Source: Nitrospinota bacterium
GTDB lineage: Bacteria; JADFOP01
Length of the DNA stretch: 35,570 nucleotides
Assembly: GCA_022562795.1 (NCBI GenBank)
Contig: JADFOP010000019.1
Span: 1-35,570 of the forward strand
Direction of reading: 5' to 3'
Made by a program: the position numbers and the translations under genes. Of the stretch, positions 7,672-16,455 are shown piece after piece (the first letter of the stretch is position 1; the number at the start of each line of letters is the position of its first letter). The notes beneath the pieces were generated by a model. The model worked only from the letters and a program-made list of their open reading frames with translations. It had not been told where the DNA came from and did not search any database.

Positions 7672-9321
7672 ATGACGGCCCACTCGTTGCGTGAAAAACC
7701 ATCCTTGCGGAGCCTCGACGACTACCGTTTGCTGTGCGAGGAATGGAGCTGGTCCATCCCCGAGAACTACAACATCGCCGCCGACTGCGTGGACAAGCAC
7801 GCCTCCGACCCAGACCGTCGAGACCACCCGGCCCTCGTCTGGGAGAGCGCATCTGGGCAGAGCCGCCGATACAGCTTCGGCGAGATGAGCGAGCTCACCA
7901 GCCGCTTCGCCCACGCCCTGAGGGGCCTGGGGGTTAGGCCGCGCCAGAGGGTTCTTCTCAGGCTTCCCAACGTCCCCGCATTCCAGATTGCATTTCTGGG
8001 CGCTATCAAGGCGGGGGCCGTGCCGATCCCCTCCAACGTGATGTTCCGGACCGAGGAGGTACGCTACCGCCTCGCCGACAGCCGGGCCACCGCTGTGGTT
8101 ACCACCTCCGAGCACCTCCCGGAAGTTCTCGAGGCCGCCGAGGAGCTCCGTGGCGTTCGATGGATTCTCATCGACGGACCCCTCCCTCGCCCCGCCCACA
8201 AGCGGATGGTGTCGCTGGAGGCGGCGCTGGCCCGCCCCTCACCCCCCTACCCCATCGCGCAGACCCGCTCCGACGAGGCGGCTTACATATGCTATACCTC
8301 CGGGACCACGGGCGAGCCGCGCGGGGTAGTCCACACCCACCGGAGCGTCCCCGGCAAGGACCCGGCGGTGTACTGGTGGCAGGACCTGAGAGAAGAGGAC
8401 CGGGTGGCCCACACTGGCCACCTATCCTGGACCTACCCACTCGGCTTCGGCTTCCTCTATCCCTGGCGCCACGGGGTGACCACCCTCTGCTACGACGGGC
8501 CCTTCGAGGCCCAGCGTTGGTACGAGCTGCTCGCGCGCCACGAGGTGAGCATCTTTATGAGCGTGCCGACGGTCTACCGGAAGATGCTCAACGATGTGCC
8601 AGAGGCCCCGCCCCTGGCCCGGCTTCGCCACACAATATGCGCCGGAGAGCCGCTGCCGCCTGAGGTCTTCGAGGCCTGGGGCGATCGCCACGCGTTACCC
8701 ATTTACGAGGGGCTCGGGATGAGCGAGTTCAGCCTCTTCGTGACCAACCTCGTAGGGCTGCCCATCAAGCCCGGCTCCTGCGGGCTGGCACAGCCGGGCC
8801 ACCGCTGCGCAGTGATCGACGAGGCGGCCCGTCCGCTTCCTCCCGGCGAGCCCGGCCTGCTGGCCGTCGAGCGGGAAAGCCCAGCCTGCATGCGGGGCTA
8901 CTGGGACAAGCCCGAAGAGACCGAGGCCGCCTTCCGCGACGGGTGGCTAGTCGTCGGTGACACCGTCCGGCAGGACGAAGACGGTTACATCTGGTTCATC
9001 TCCCGAAGTGACGACATGATCACATCATCCGGCTACCGCATCTCACCCGAAGAGGTGGAGTCGGTGGCGAACCGCCACGAGGCGGTGCAGGAGGCGGCCG
9101 CCGTTGGCGCTCCCGATTCGATGAGGGGTCAGATCGTGAAGCTCTTCGTCGTGCTCAATGAGGGTTACGAGCCCTCAGAGGAGCTGGTTGAAAGCATCCA
9201 GCAGTTTTGCAAAGACCGCGCCGCCCCATATAAATACCCCCGGCAGGTGGCCTTCATCGACGCCCTCCCCAAAACTCCCAATGGTAAAATCAGGCGCCAG
9301 GCGCTGAGGGAGGGAATCTAA
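7672..9321 (+). CDS. Acyl-CoA synthetase / AMP-binding enzyme
   Basis: A3 YTSGTTGEPRG; AGEPL; YEGLGMSE; GD...RSDDMITSSGYRISP; A10 PKTPNGKIRR. Strong RBS GGAAGGAGG. Confidence 0.9.
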   Translation: MTAHSLREKPSLRSLDDYRLLCEEWSWSIPENYNIAADCVDKHASDPDRRDHPALVWESASGQSRRYSFGEMSELTSRFAHALRGLGVRPRQRVLLRLPNVPAFQIAFLGAIKAGAVPIPSNVMFRTEEVRYRLADSRATAVVTTSEHLPEVLEAAEELRGVRWILIDGPLPRPAHKRMVSLEAALARPSPPYPIAQTRSDEAAYICYTSGTTGEPRGVVHTHRSVPGKDPAVYWWQDLREEDRVAHTGHLSWTYPLGFGFLYPWRHGVTTLCYDGPFEAQRWYELLARHEVSIFMSVPTVYRKMLNDVPEAPPLARLRHTICAGEPLPPEVFEAWGDRHALPIYEGLGMSEFSLFVTNLVGLPIKPGSCGLAQPGHRCAVIDEAARPLPPGEPGLLAVERESPACMRGYWDKPEETEAAFRDGWLVVGDTVRQDEDGYIWFISRSDDMITSSGYRISPEEVESVANRHEAVQEAAAVGAPDSMRGQIVKLFVVLNEGYEPSEELVESIQQFCKDRAAPYKYPRQVAFIDALPKTPNGKIRRQALREGI

Positions 9322-9329
9322 AATGATCC

Positions 9330-9358
9330 TTGCACCCTCCATCAGCGAGTTATATACT
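9330..9358 (+). promoter_or_regulatory. Candidate sigma70 promoter for the polysaccharide export genes
   Basis: TTGCAC-N17-TATACT in an AT-rich intergenic region. A second TATAAT lies at 9417-9422. Confidence 0.5.
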
Positions 9359-9542
9359 AAAAAAGATAATCTATGCTAAATGGTAATATTATATGCCTAA
9401 TACTTATAAAATGATGTATAATCCGTTCAACAGCCCACCATAGGGGGATAATCTTCGTGCTTTTCAACATAACGGCGGCTCCGGAAGACCAGGTCGAGCC
9501 CCTCGACTTAGGCCTGTTTATCATCGGTGGGAGGGCAAAGCC

Positions 9543-10763
9543 ATGAAGGATCGTCTGACATCATACCGCTCGACCTTGAGCGCCCTTGCGGCTTTGATGT
9601 TGTTGGTGTGGGGGCCTGGTTTCGTCTTTGCCCAGGCTCGTCCGTCGCCCATGTACGTCGGTGCCGATCCCACCCCACGGGCCCTTCGTTTCGGTCCCCT
9701 CGAGCTCTATCCCCGGGCCGAGGTGGAGGAGATTTACGACGACAACATCTTCTTGGAGGCGGTGGATGAGGAGATCGACTTCATCACCCACTACCGGCCG
9801 AACATCCACGGTCGCTTAAACTTTAAGGATCACATCGTTGAGTTCGGCGCGATGGGCGACATCGCCGATTTCTCTTCCAACGAGAAGGAGAACTACACGA
9901 ACCAAGCCTACGACGCCGGCCTCTTTTTGAACTTCGCTCGATTAAGCTTGGAATTGAAGGGGTACTTCGCCGACACGACCGCCCCCTCTTCGAGCGCGAC
10001 TTTGAGCGAGCTCGGCCCCCGCATCCGCCACTGGGACAGCGAGTCGGTCGGTGTATTGGGTATCAAGCTCGGCGAGAAGGCCAAAATAGAGTTCGACGCG
10101 CGCTTCTACGACCTGGAGTACGACGCCTCTGGGCTCGGCCGCCTGGAGCGGACCGAGATCGGCGGCGGGGCCTCGTTCTTCTGGCGCATCCGTCCTAAGA
10201 CCGACATCTTCGTAGGCTACGAGTACACGCAGCTCGACTTCGACTCCATCACCCCGGCCGACCCTCAGGACGACTCCGAGAGCCACCTGGCGCTCGGGGG
10301 GTTGCGTTTCGAGCCCGGCCCGAAGCTGGTCGGGCGCGTCTCGGCCGGCGCCGAGCTTAGGGATTACAACTCGATAGACGACCACACGACACCGGCCTTC
10401 GCCACCGACCTCACCTGGTTCGCCACCCCGAAACTCACCCTCACCGTCTTCTTCTCCCGCAAGTTCGAGGACTCCTCCTCGGCCAGCGACCAGTTCATCC
10501 GGGCTACGAAGGTCGCGGGCTCGGTGAGGTACAACTTAACCGACCGGCTGATGTTGCGTCTCGAGGGCGAGTACGACAACGACAACTACGACACCGCCCG
10601 CGATGATGACACCGGGCGAGGCGTAGGCGAGATAAGCTACTTCATAATCCGCGACATACTGCGCCTCAGCGCAAAGTACGAACGAATAGACCACGACTCG
10701 ACAATCGAAGAGAAAGACTACGACGTCAACCGCGCCTCAGCCGAGGTCTTGCTGCAGTATTAG
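9543..10763 (+). CDS. Outer-membrane beta-barrel protein, polysaccharide-export associated (beta-barrel porin 2 / EpsX-like)
   Basis: Signal peptide ending VFA-Q; N-terminal YDDNIF motif; alternating beta-strand patterns; C-terminal aromatic beta-signal (AEVLLQY). Directly upstream of OPX and Wzc. Confidence 0.78.
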   Translation: MKDRLTSYRSTLSALAALMLLVWGPGFVFAQARPSPMYVGADPTPRALRFGPLELYPRAEVEEIYDDNIFLEAVDEEIDFITHYRPNIHGRLNFKDHIVEFGAMGDIADFSSNEKENYTNQAYDAGLFLNFARLSLELKGYFADTTAPSSSATLSELGPRIRHWDSESVGVLGIKLGEKAKIEFDARFYDLEYDASGLGRLERTEIGGGASFFWRIRPKTDIFVGYEYTQLDFDSITPADPQDDSESHLALGGLRFEPGPKLVGRVSAGAELRDYNSIDDHTTPAFATDLTWFATPKLTLTVFFSRKFEDSSSASDQFIRATKVAGSVRYNLTDRLMLRLEGEYDNDNYDTARDDDTGRGVGEISYFIIRDILRLSAKYERIDHDSTIEEKDYDVNRASAEVLLQY

Positions 10764-10850
10764 GGCGCCGCTTACGATGGAGAGCCTATCGATGTGCAAT
10801 GCCTGCCCAAATGAGAACGGTGCAGCACTTGTCCTGATGGGTTTTATCAG

Positions 10851-11750
10851 ATGAGGATTAAATCCGTATTTCATCATAGACGACCTCTCTTCGTGCTGCC
10901 GATCTTGCTTTTCCCGTTCATTCTTGGTGTCTTTGGGTACCCCTCTGCGTATGCGGCAGATTCCTCCGAATATCAGGTCGGCGGGCGAGATGTTTTGAAA
11001 ATTACCGTCTATGAGGAGGAGGATTTGACCAAGACGGTGCGGGTCTCAGGAGAGGGAAAAATTACATTTCCGCTGCTGGGAGAGGTGAAGGCCGCGGGCT
11101 TGACGGTGGGCCAAATCGAACGGAAGCTGGAAGGGCTTCTTAGGGATGGGTATTTGAAGAATCCCCAGGTTTTGGTCCTAGTCGAGGAGTACCGAAGCCA
11201 GGAGGTCTACGTCCTCGGAGCGGTCAACAAGCCCGGAGCCTATCAATTGACCGGCCAGGCCACGCTTCTTGAGATGATCTCGAGAGCTGAAGGCGTCGTT
11301 ATGCAGAAGGGCGCTGGGCGAGCAGGGAGAACCCTCATCCTCCTGCGTCCGATCGGTGGCGGGGCCAATGGCCATCAGAAGGTCGAAACAAAGACCCTTG
11401 ACCTCCACAGCCTCTTGGTCAGGGGCGATCTTTCCCTCAACTTCAAAGTCAGGGACAAAGATACCATCTACATCCCGAAGACTGATTCGGTCTTCGTCTT
11501 TGGAGAGGTGAAGCAGCCGGGCGAGATTCAGATACTGGGCAAGGGAATCACCGCCGCCGAGGCTATCGCCATGGCAGGAGGCCTGACGCGAATCGCCTCT
11601 CCCAGGGGGGTTAAGGTTGTCCGAGTAGTCAACGGTGCTGAGCAAACCATCTATCTCAATTTGAATGACATCATCAAGCGTGGGGATAAGAACAAGGATG
11701 TAGCCCTGCGGTCTGGAGATATCGTTGTCGTTCCCGAGAGCTTCTTCTAG
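10851..11750 (+). CDS. wza: Polysaccharide export OPX protein (Poly_export + 2 SLBB), no lipobox
   Basis: YQVGGRDVLKITVY...GKITFPLLGEVKAAGLT PES motif. Two SLBB repeats (VYVLGAVNKPG, VFVFGEVKQPG). Ends GDIVVVPESFF. Confidence 0.9.
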   Translation: MRIKSVFHHRRPLFVLPILLFPFILGVFGYPSAYAADSSEYQVGGRDVLKITVYEEEDLTKTVRVSGEGKITFPLLGEVKAAGLTVGQIERKLEGLLRDGYLKNPQVLVLVEEYRSQEVYVLGAVNKPGAYQLTGQATLLEMISRAEGVVMQKGAGRAGRTLILLRPIGGGANGHQKVETKTLDLHSLLVRGDLSLNFKVRDKDTIYIPKTDSVFVFGEVKQPGEIQILGKGITAAEAIAMAGGLTRIASPRGVKVVRVVNGAEQTIYLNLNDIIKRGDKNKDVALRSGDIVVVPESFF

Positions 11751-11804
11751 CAAAGAGGTCCTCTTGAACTGTCGCCAAGAGGTATACCTCGCGTAAGGTT
11801 CGCT

Positions 11805-14069
11805 ATGGAATGGAAAGACGAAAAAGGGGTTCACCTATCCCAATACCTGCGGATCCTCAAAAAGCGGAAGTGGACCTTAACGACATTCCTCGTCGTCGTG
11901 GTCACCACCGTGGCCGTATGGACCTTCAAGATGGAGCCCGTCTACAGGGGCACCACCCAAATTCTCATCGAGAAGGAAAACCCTAACGTCGTCTCGTTCA
12001 AGGAAGTTCTCGAGCTAGAAGCCGGCGATCAGGAATACTACCAGACCCAATACAAAATATTGAAGAGCCGCTCCTTGTCCAAGCGCGTCGTCGATACCCT
12101 TGGGTTGAAAGAGTCGGACGAATTCTCGCCCAATCATCTGACTTTCTTCAAAGCGAGAGCCGCGTTTGGGACCCTTATAGAGAAAGTCTCAGCACCCAAA
12201 AACCTAAAAAAATGGTCAAATGCAATGGTAAATGGCACTAACGGTGTGGGACGTGACCGCGATGGGGACGGTTGGCTCATTGACGCTTTTTTGAAACGAG
12301 TGAAAGTTGAGCCTGTTCGTCGAAGCCGCCTCGTCAACGTAATCTATGAAGGCTACAATCCTATCTTGGTCGCCAAAATCACCAATTCCATCGCACAAAA
12401 TTACATAGACCAGAACCTGGAGGCGAGGTTACAGGCTTCCCAGAATGCTGTGGCCTGGCTCGGCGAGCGGCTGAAGAGGATCAAGAAGAAGCTGGAGGAC
12501 TCGGAGGCGGCTCTCCAGAGGTATAAAGAGGATAAAAAGATTGTGTCGGCTTCCTTAGGGGAGCGCCGAAACACCGTTGGCTCTAGGCTCAACGAGCTAT
12601 CCAGCAACCTCACCCAGGCCAAGACGGAGCGGATAGGCCTAGAGACCCTTTACAATCAGGTTAAGTATTTGTCGAAAAAGCCGGGGATGATTGAATCGGT
12701 CCCGGAGGTCATAAAAAATCCTCTTATTCAGGAACTCAAGGTTGAGTACTCCAGGGTCCAAGCCGAGTATGCGGAGCTTTCCAAACGCTACGGCCATAAA
12801 AACCCGAAAATCATCCGCCTAATTTCGAGGCTCGAGGCGATGAATGGCAAGATCGCCTTCGAAGTGGAGAAGATAATCAAGGGGGTCGAGACTGAGTACA
12901 AGGTTGCCAAAGCCAAGGAGGCTTCACTCCTACAGGCACTCGAAGCTCAGAAGAAGGAAGCCCTCGGACTGAACAAGAAGGCCATCAAGTTTAGGGCCCT
13001 GGAGCGGGAGGTTGAATCCAACAGGCAGATTTATACCTCCCTGCTAAAGCGCGCCGCGGAGACGGGCCTCACCAGCGAGCTCGAGAACGTAAATATCCGC
13101 ATCATCGACCCTGCCGAGGTGCCCAGAAAGCCTGCCAAGCCGCGCATTCTATTGAATCTCTCCCTCGCCGTGCTGGTTGGTTTCACCATGGGAACGGGGC
13201 TGGTCTTCTTCGTAGAGTACCTGGACGGCACCGTTAAGAACCCTGAAGACATCGAGGAATTCCTAGAAATACCTTGCTTGGGCTCCTTGGGGAAATTTAG
13301 CTCATCGGAGGTAGCTAGCGAGCTCTTTGTCATAAAAGAATCCAACTTGCCCTATGCAGAGTCCATCAAGACTGCTCGGACCAACATAGTCTACTCCATG
13401 GAGGCCCTCAAGGCCCGATCTCTCCTGATCACCAGCGCCGGGCCAGAAGAGGGAAAAACGGTCTTCTCGGCCAATCTTGCTGCGAGCCTCGCCCAGATGG
13501 GCAAGAAGGTCCTTCTTGTTGATGCCGACATTAGAAAGCCAAGGATTCATTCTATCTTTAATCAGGATCGGGCGCCGGGGCTCAGCTGTGCGTTGAGGGG
13601 CGATATTTCGAAGGTGATGATTCATCCCACCCCGGTTGAGAACCTTAAGGTCCTGACGGCCGGCCAACGTGCACACGATTCCTCGGAGCTTTTGAGCTCC
13701 GAAAAGTTGCTCGAGCTGATGGATTTTCTACATGGTAAATTCGACCATATTATCTTCGATACCTCCCCAATAATAGCTGTGACCGACTCCCTGGTGCTCG
13801 CCAGGGCAGTCGATGCCTCGGTGCTTGTGGTTAAGTCCGGGGGCATTCCGAAGGAGATCGTCAAGCGGGCATTGGCACAGCTGACCTTTTCCTTGAAGTC
13901 ACATTCCGAAGCCTGGGCTGAAGGGGATGCGGGCACGGGTCCCGAAGATGGGAGGCCGAGCAAGCTAATCGGGGCATTGCTCAATTTCGTCGACATCCGG
14001 GAGGACTTTTACTACTACCACTATCAAAAGTACTACCGGAAATACTATGCCGAGGAGTCTGCGGCGTAG
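11805..14069 (+). CDS. wzc: Polysaccharide co-polymerase / BY-kinase (Wzc/GumC family)
   Basis: Two TMs flank a coiled-coil periplasmic domain. Walker A SAGPEEGKT, A' VLLVDADIRKP, B IIFDTSP. Tyr cluster YYYHYQKYYRKYY. Confidence 0.93.
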   Translation: MEWKDEKGVHLSQYLRILKKRKWTLTTFLVVVVTTVAVWTFKMEPVYRGTTQILIEKENPNVVSFKEVLELEAGDQEYYQTQYKILKSRSLSKRVVDTLGLKESDEFSPNHLTFFKARAAFGTLIEKVSAPKNLKKWSNAMVNGTNGVGRDRDGDGWLIDAFLKRVKVEPVRRSRLVNVIYEGYNPILVAKITNSIAQNYIDQNLEARLQASQNAVAWLGERLKRIKKKLEDSEAALQRYKEDKKIVSASLGERRNTVGSRLNELSSNLTQAKTERIGLETLYNQVKYLSKKPGMIESVPEVIKNPLIQELKVEYSRVQAEYAELSKRYGHKNPKIIRLISRLEAMNGKIAFEVEKIIKGVETEYKVAKAKEASLLQALEAQKKEALGLNKKAIKFRALEREVESNRQIYTSLLKRAAETGLTSELENVNIRIIDPAEVPRKPAKPRILLNLSLAVLVGFTMGTGLVFFVEYLDGTVKNPEDIEEFLEIPCLGSLGKFSSSEVASELFVIKESNLPYAESIKTARTNIVYSMEALKARSLLITSAGPEEGKTVFSANLAASLAQMGKKVLLVDADIRKPRIHSIFNQDRAPGLSCALRGDISKVMIHPTPVENLKVLTAGQRAHDSSELLSSEKLLELMDFLHGKFDHIIFDTSPIIAVTDSLVLARAVDASVLVVKSGGIPKEIVKRALAQLTFSLKSHSEAWAEGDAGTGPEDGRPSKLIGALLNFVDIREDFYYYHYQKYYRKYYAEESAA

Positions 14070-14104
14070 CCAACGTATACTTTTGAGTGGAAATATAGGT
14101 TGTT

Positions 14105-14156
14105 CGACCGGTTTTCCATTTGGAAGTTCCTCCGCGGAACTTAAAGGCTCCGGTCG
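14105..14156. promoter_or_regulatory. Nested inverted repeats, candidate upstream activator sequence or RNA hairpin
   Basis: AAGTTCC-N5-GGAACTT (14124-14142) nested inside CGACCGG (14105-14111) / CCGGTCG (14150-14156). Confidence 0.45.
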
Positions 14157-14162
14157 TTAGGC

Positions 14163-14201
14163 GGAAACCCCCGGAATTTCCTGGGAACCCCCGGAATTTC
14201 C
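14163..14201. repeat. Tandem direct repeat, two 19-nt units with a 20-bp period
   Basis: GGAAACCCCCGGAATTTCC-T-GGGAACCCCCGGAATTTCC (18/19 identical). Confidence 0.85.
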
Positions 14202-14222
14202 GGCATTAAGAAGCAGTTCTAC

Positions 14223-14238
14223 TGGCCTTTGGGTTGCA
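14223..14238 (+). promoter_or_regulatory. Candidate sigma54 (-24/-12) promoter of the glycan biosynthesis operon
   Basis: TGGCCTTTGGGTTGCA: TGGC...TTGCA with exact GG-N10-GC spacing, in the 252-bp gap after wzc and oriented toward the downstream genes. Confidence 0.62.
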
Positions 14239-14321
14239 TTATGTAACTCACGGGGCGGAGCCGTACCCAGGCCTAGCCCTTAGCGCTTGGGGCAACCTCG
14301 ATTAACATCTAACCGGTTACC

Positions 14322-16454
14322 ATGGCAAAAGCTGTCACGGCCCTTTCTCTACAAGCTGCGGGTGAGGTCTCCTCGTCTTCGAATGGGCTTATTGACCTCC
14401 CGGCCTCCATGAACCGGGAGAAGGCAACCCTCCTTTGCGACAAGGCCATAGAAGGGGGCCTCCTCTTCCTCATCATATTTACTCCGTTGGCTTTCGGGAC
14501 TGTCCACATTTGGTCTATCACGGTAATGGAGCTCCTTGTCGCTTTTCTCGTTATATTATGGATGATTAAATCTTTGAATATCCAGAGACTTGAAGACGAT
14601 TATCTAATAAACTACAATAGAGATGGCGGAGGTCAGGTTCTCTTGAGTTCCAGCCGCCTCGGCCTCGTCAAGACGCCTCTCAATATCCCGATTCTCCTCT
14701 TCATCGCCCTGGTCGTGTTCCAGCTGACACCCCTTCCGCCCTCGGCATTGAAGTTGATTTCTCCCGGCACTTACCAACTTTACTCCGAGACCCTTCCTCA
14801 TGCGTGGCCGGCTTCAGAGCTCAAGGGGTCCGAGGAGTCGGCCCCTGAAATTCGGAAGTCGGGCTGGAGGCGCCTCTCGGTCTACCCGGGGGCCACGAAG
14901 GGGGGGCTTTTGAAGCTCCTATCATGCGCGGCAGTTTTTTTCTTGGTGGTCAATAACCTGAAGACCAAGAGGCAGTTGGGCCGGATGGCAATGACGATCA
15001 TCGGCGTCGGGTTTATCATCTCCCTTGTCGGCATCCTCCAGCACCTAAGCGGGACGGGGAAGATTTACTGGTTTCGCGACGCCTCCTACTCCAACTTCTT
15101 CGGCACATACGTGAATAGAAACCATTTCGCGGGCTACGTCGGTTTGGCCCTGGGGTTGGCCTTGGGCTACTTCTTGACCTTGGAGAGGCAGCCCGCGCGG
15201 ATTGGTTTTCCGGGAATTTCAGAATATGGACCTCAAAGGTCCGAGGAAGTCGGCCCCAAAAGGGTTCTTCTCGGCTTCTTAATAGTAATTATGATGGGGG
15301 CCATTCTTCTTTCGGCTTCCCGGGGAGGGGTGGTCTCGGTAATGGTGGCACTGGCTCTCTATTCCTTCCTCCTGGGAATTCGCAGAGGTCCACGTAAGAA
15401 GGGCAGGGCCGTGCCGATAATCTTGAGCTTTCTCCTCGCCATAGTCATCTGGATGGGCAAAGGCCCCTCCCTCAGCCGTCTCTCGACCCTGTTTGAGCCA
15501 TCGATAATAGAAAACACCAGACCCATGATCTGGCGAGACACCATGGGCCTCGTTGGCCATTTTCCCATTCTGGGGACCGGCCTTGGGACTTTCCGGCACA
15601 TCTATCCAGCCTATCAGACCGTCTCTTTCCCTAGGCTATTCAATCACGCCCACAACGACTACGTTGAATTAGTTGCCGAGATGGGGCTAGCTGGCTTTCT
15701 CCTTGCGATCGGGGCCTTGGGGTTTACCCTGGCCTGGTCCATCCGAAGGTGGTTTCGGAGGAGAGACCCATACGCCGTGGGCCTCGCTCTGGGGGCATTT
15801 ACGGCTGTCGCGGCTTTTCTTGTCCATTCGCTTGTGGACTTCAACTTCCACATACCAGCCAATGCCATGGCCTTCTCGGCCATCTTGGGAATTCTCGTAT
15901 CGTCAGTACACCTAAATAGCCGCCGGGGAGGCTCGCTAGAGACTCCTCCCGCCCCCCGGCCCTCTGCCCTTGGACGGCCCTTTAGTATTTTTATTCTGGT
16001 CGTCTCGGTCCTTTCGGCAGGGGCCGTTACCGTCGCCTTCGCCGCTGACGGGCTCCTCTCGAGAGGAGTGAAGACCCTGAGCCTGGAGGATGCCCAGCTT
16101 GCAGCAGCCTTGGAGCCTTGGAGCGCAGAGCCCCTCTACCAATCGGGCAGGGTCTGGGAGCAAAGGGGCCTAGAAACCTCATCGTTGAAAGATAAGGTCG
16201 AAGACATCGACCAGGCCAGGAAGGCCTATGAATCGGCTCTCTTTCTGGCCCCCACCGAGGCCAAATATCACTTGAGCTTGGCCTGGAGCCTCCATCGACT
16301 GTCGGGTCTAAACTACTTGAACAGGCGGACATCCTTGAGCGGAGCCCAGATGGAGAGAGCCTACAGACACTATAGGCTAGCCTTAAAGCTCGATCCTAGC
16401 GACCGCTACATTAATGACTTCGTTAGAAGGTCAGCCCCTGGGGCCCTTCGATAG
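14322..16454 (+). CDS. O-antigen ligase / O-oligosaccharyltransferase family (Wzy_C) membrane protein with C-terminal TPR-like region
   Basis: Multiple TMs; GTYVNRNHFAG; LSASRGG; ILGTGLGTF; HAHNDYVELVAEMG; HSLVDFNFH. Helical TPR-like tail (ARKAYESALFLAPTEA, YRLALKLDP). Start may be ATG 14409. Confidence 0.82.
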   Translation: MAKAVTALSLQAAGEVSSSSNGLIDLPASMNREKATLLCDKAIEGGLLFLIIFTPLAFGTVHIWSITVMELLVAFLVILWMIKSLNIQRLEDDYLINYNRDGGGQVLLSSSRLGLVKTPLNIPILLFIALVVFQLTPLPPSALKLISPGTYQLYSETLPHAWPASELKGSEESAPEIRKSGWRRLSVYPGATKGGLLKLLSCAAVFFLVVNNLKTKRQLGRMAMTIIGVGFIISLVGILQHLSGTGKIYWFRDASYSNFFGTYVNRNHFAGYVGLALGLALGYFLTLERQPARIGFPGISEYGPQRSEEVGPKRVLLGFLIVIMMGAILLSASRGGVVSVMVALALYSFLLGIRRGPRKKGRAVPIILSFLLAIVIWMGKGPSLSRLSTLFEPSIIENTRPMIWRDTMGLVGHFPILGTGLGTFRHIYPAYQTVSFPRLFNHAHNDYVELVAEMGLAGFLLAIGALGFTLAWSIRRWFRRRDPYAVGLALGAFTAVAAFLVHSLVDFNFHIPANAMAFSAILGILVSSVHLNSRRGGSLETPPAPRPSALGRPFSIFILVVSVLSAGAVTVAFAADGLLSRGVKTLSLEDAQLAAALEPWSAEPLYQSGRVWEQRGLETSSLKDKVEDIDQARKAYESALFLAPTEAKYHLSLAWSLHRLSGLNYLNRRTSLSGAQMERAYRHYRLALKLDPSDRYINDFVRRSAPGALR

Positions 16455-16455
16455 A

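Noticed and set aside
8296-8330. Lys-to-Arg change in the acyl-CoA synthetase P-loop (TSGTTGEPRG) as a sign of inactivation
   Set aside because: Conservative change, and all other adenylation motifs including the A10 Lys are intact.
9381-9396. TGGTAATATTATATGC as a third sigma54 promoter
   Set aside because: Spacing is GG-N11-GC rather than the required N10.
9423-9542. ops/JUMPstart element in the polysaccharide leader
   Set aside because: Only GGCGGCTC is present, not GGCGGTAG. A small hairpin at 9491-9509 is the only structure seen.
14163-14201. Possible CRISPR mini-array
   Set aside because: Two 19-nt units separated by 1 nt, no spacers and no cas genes.
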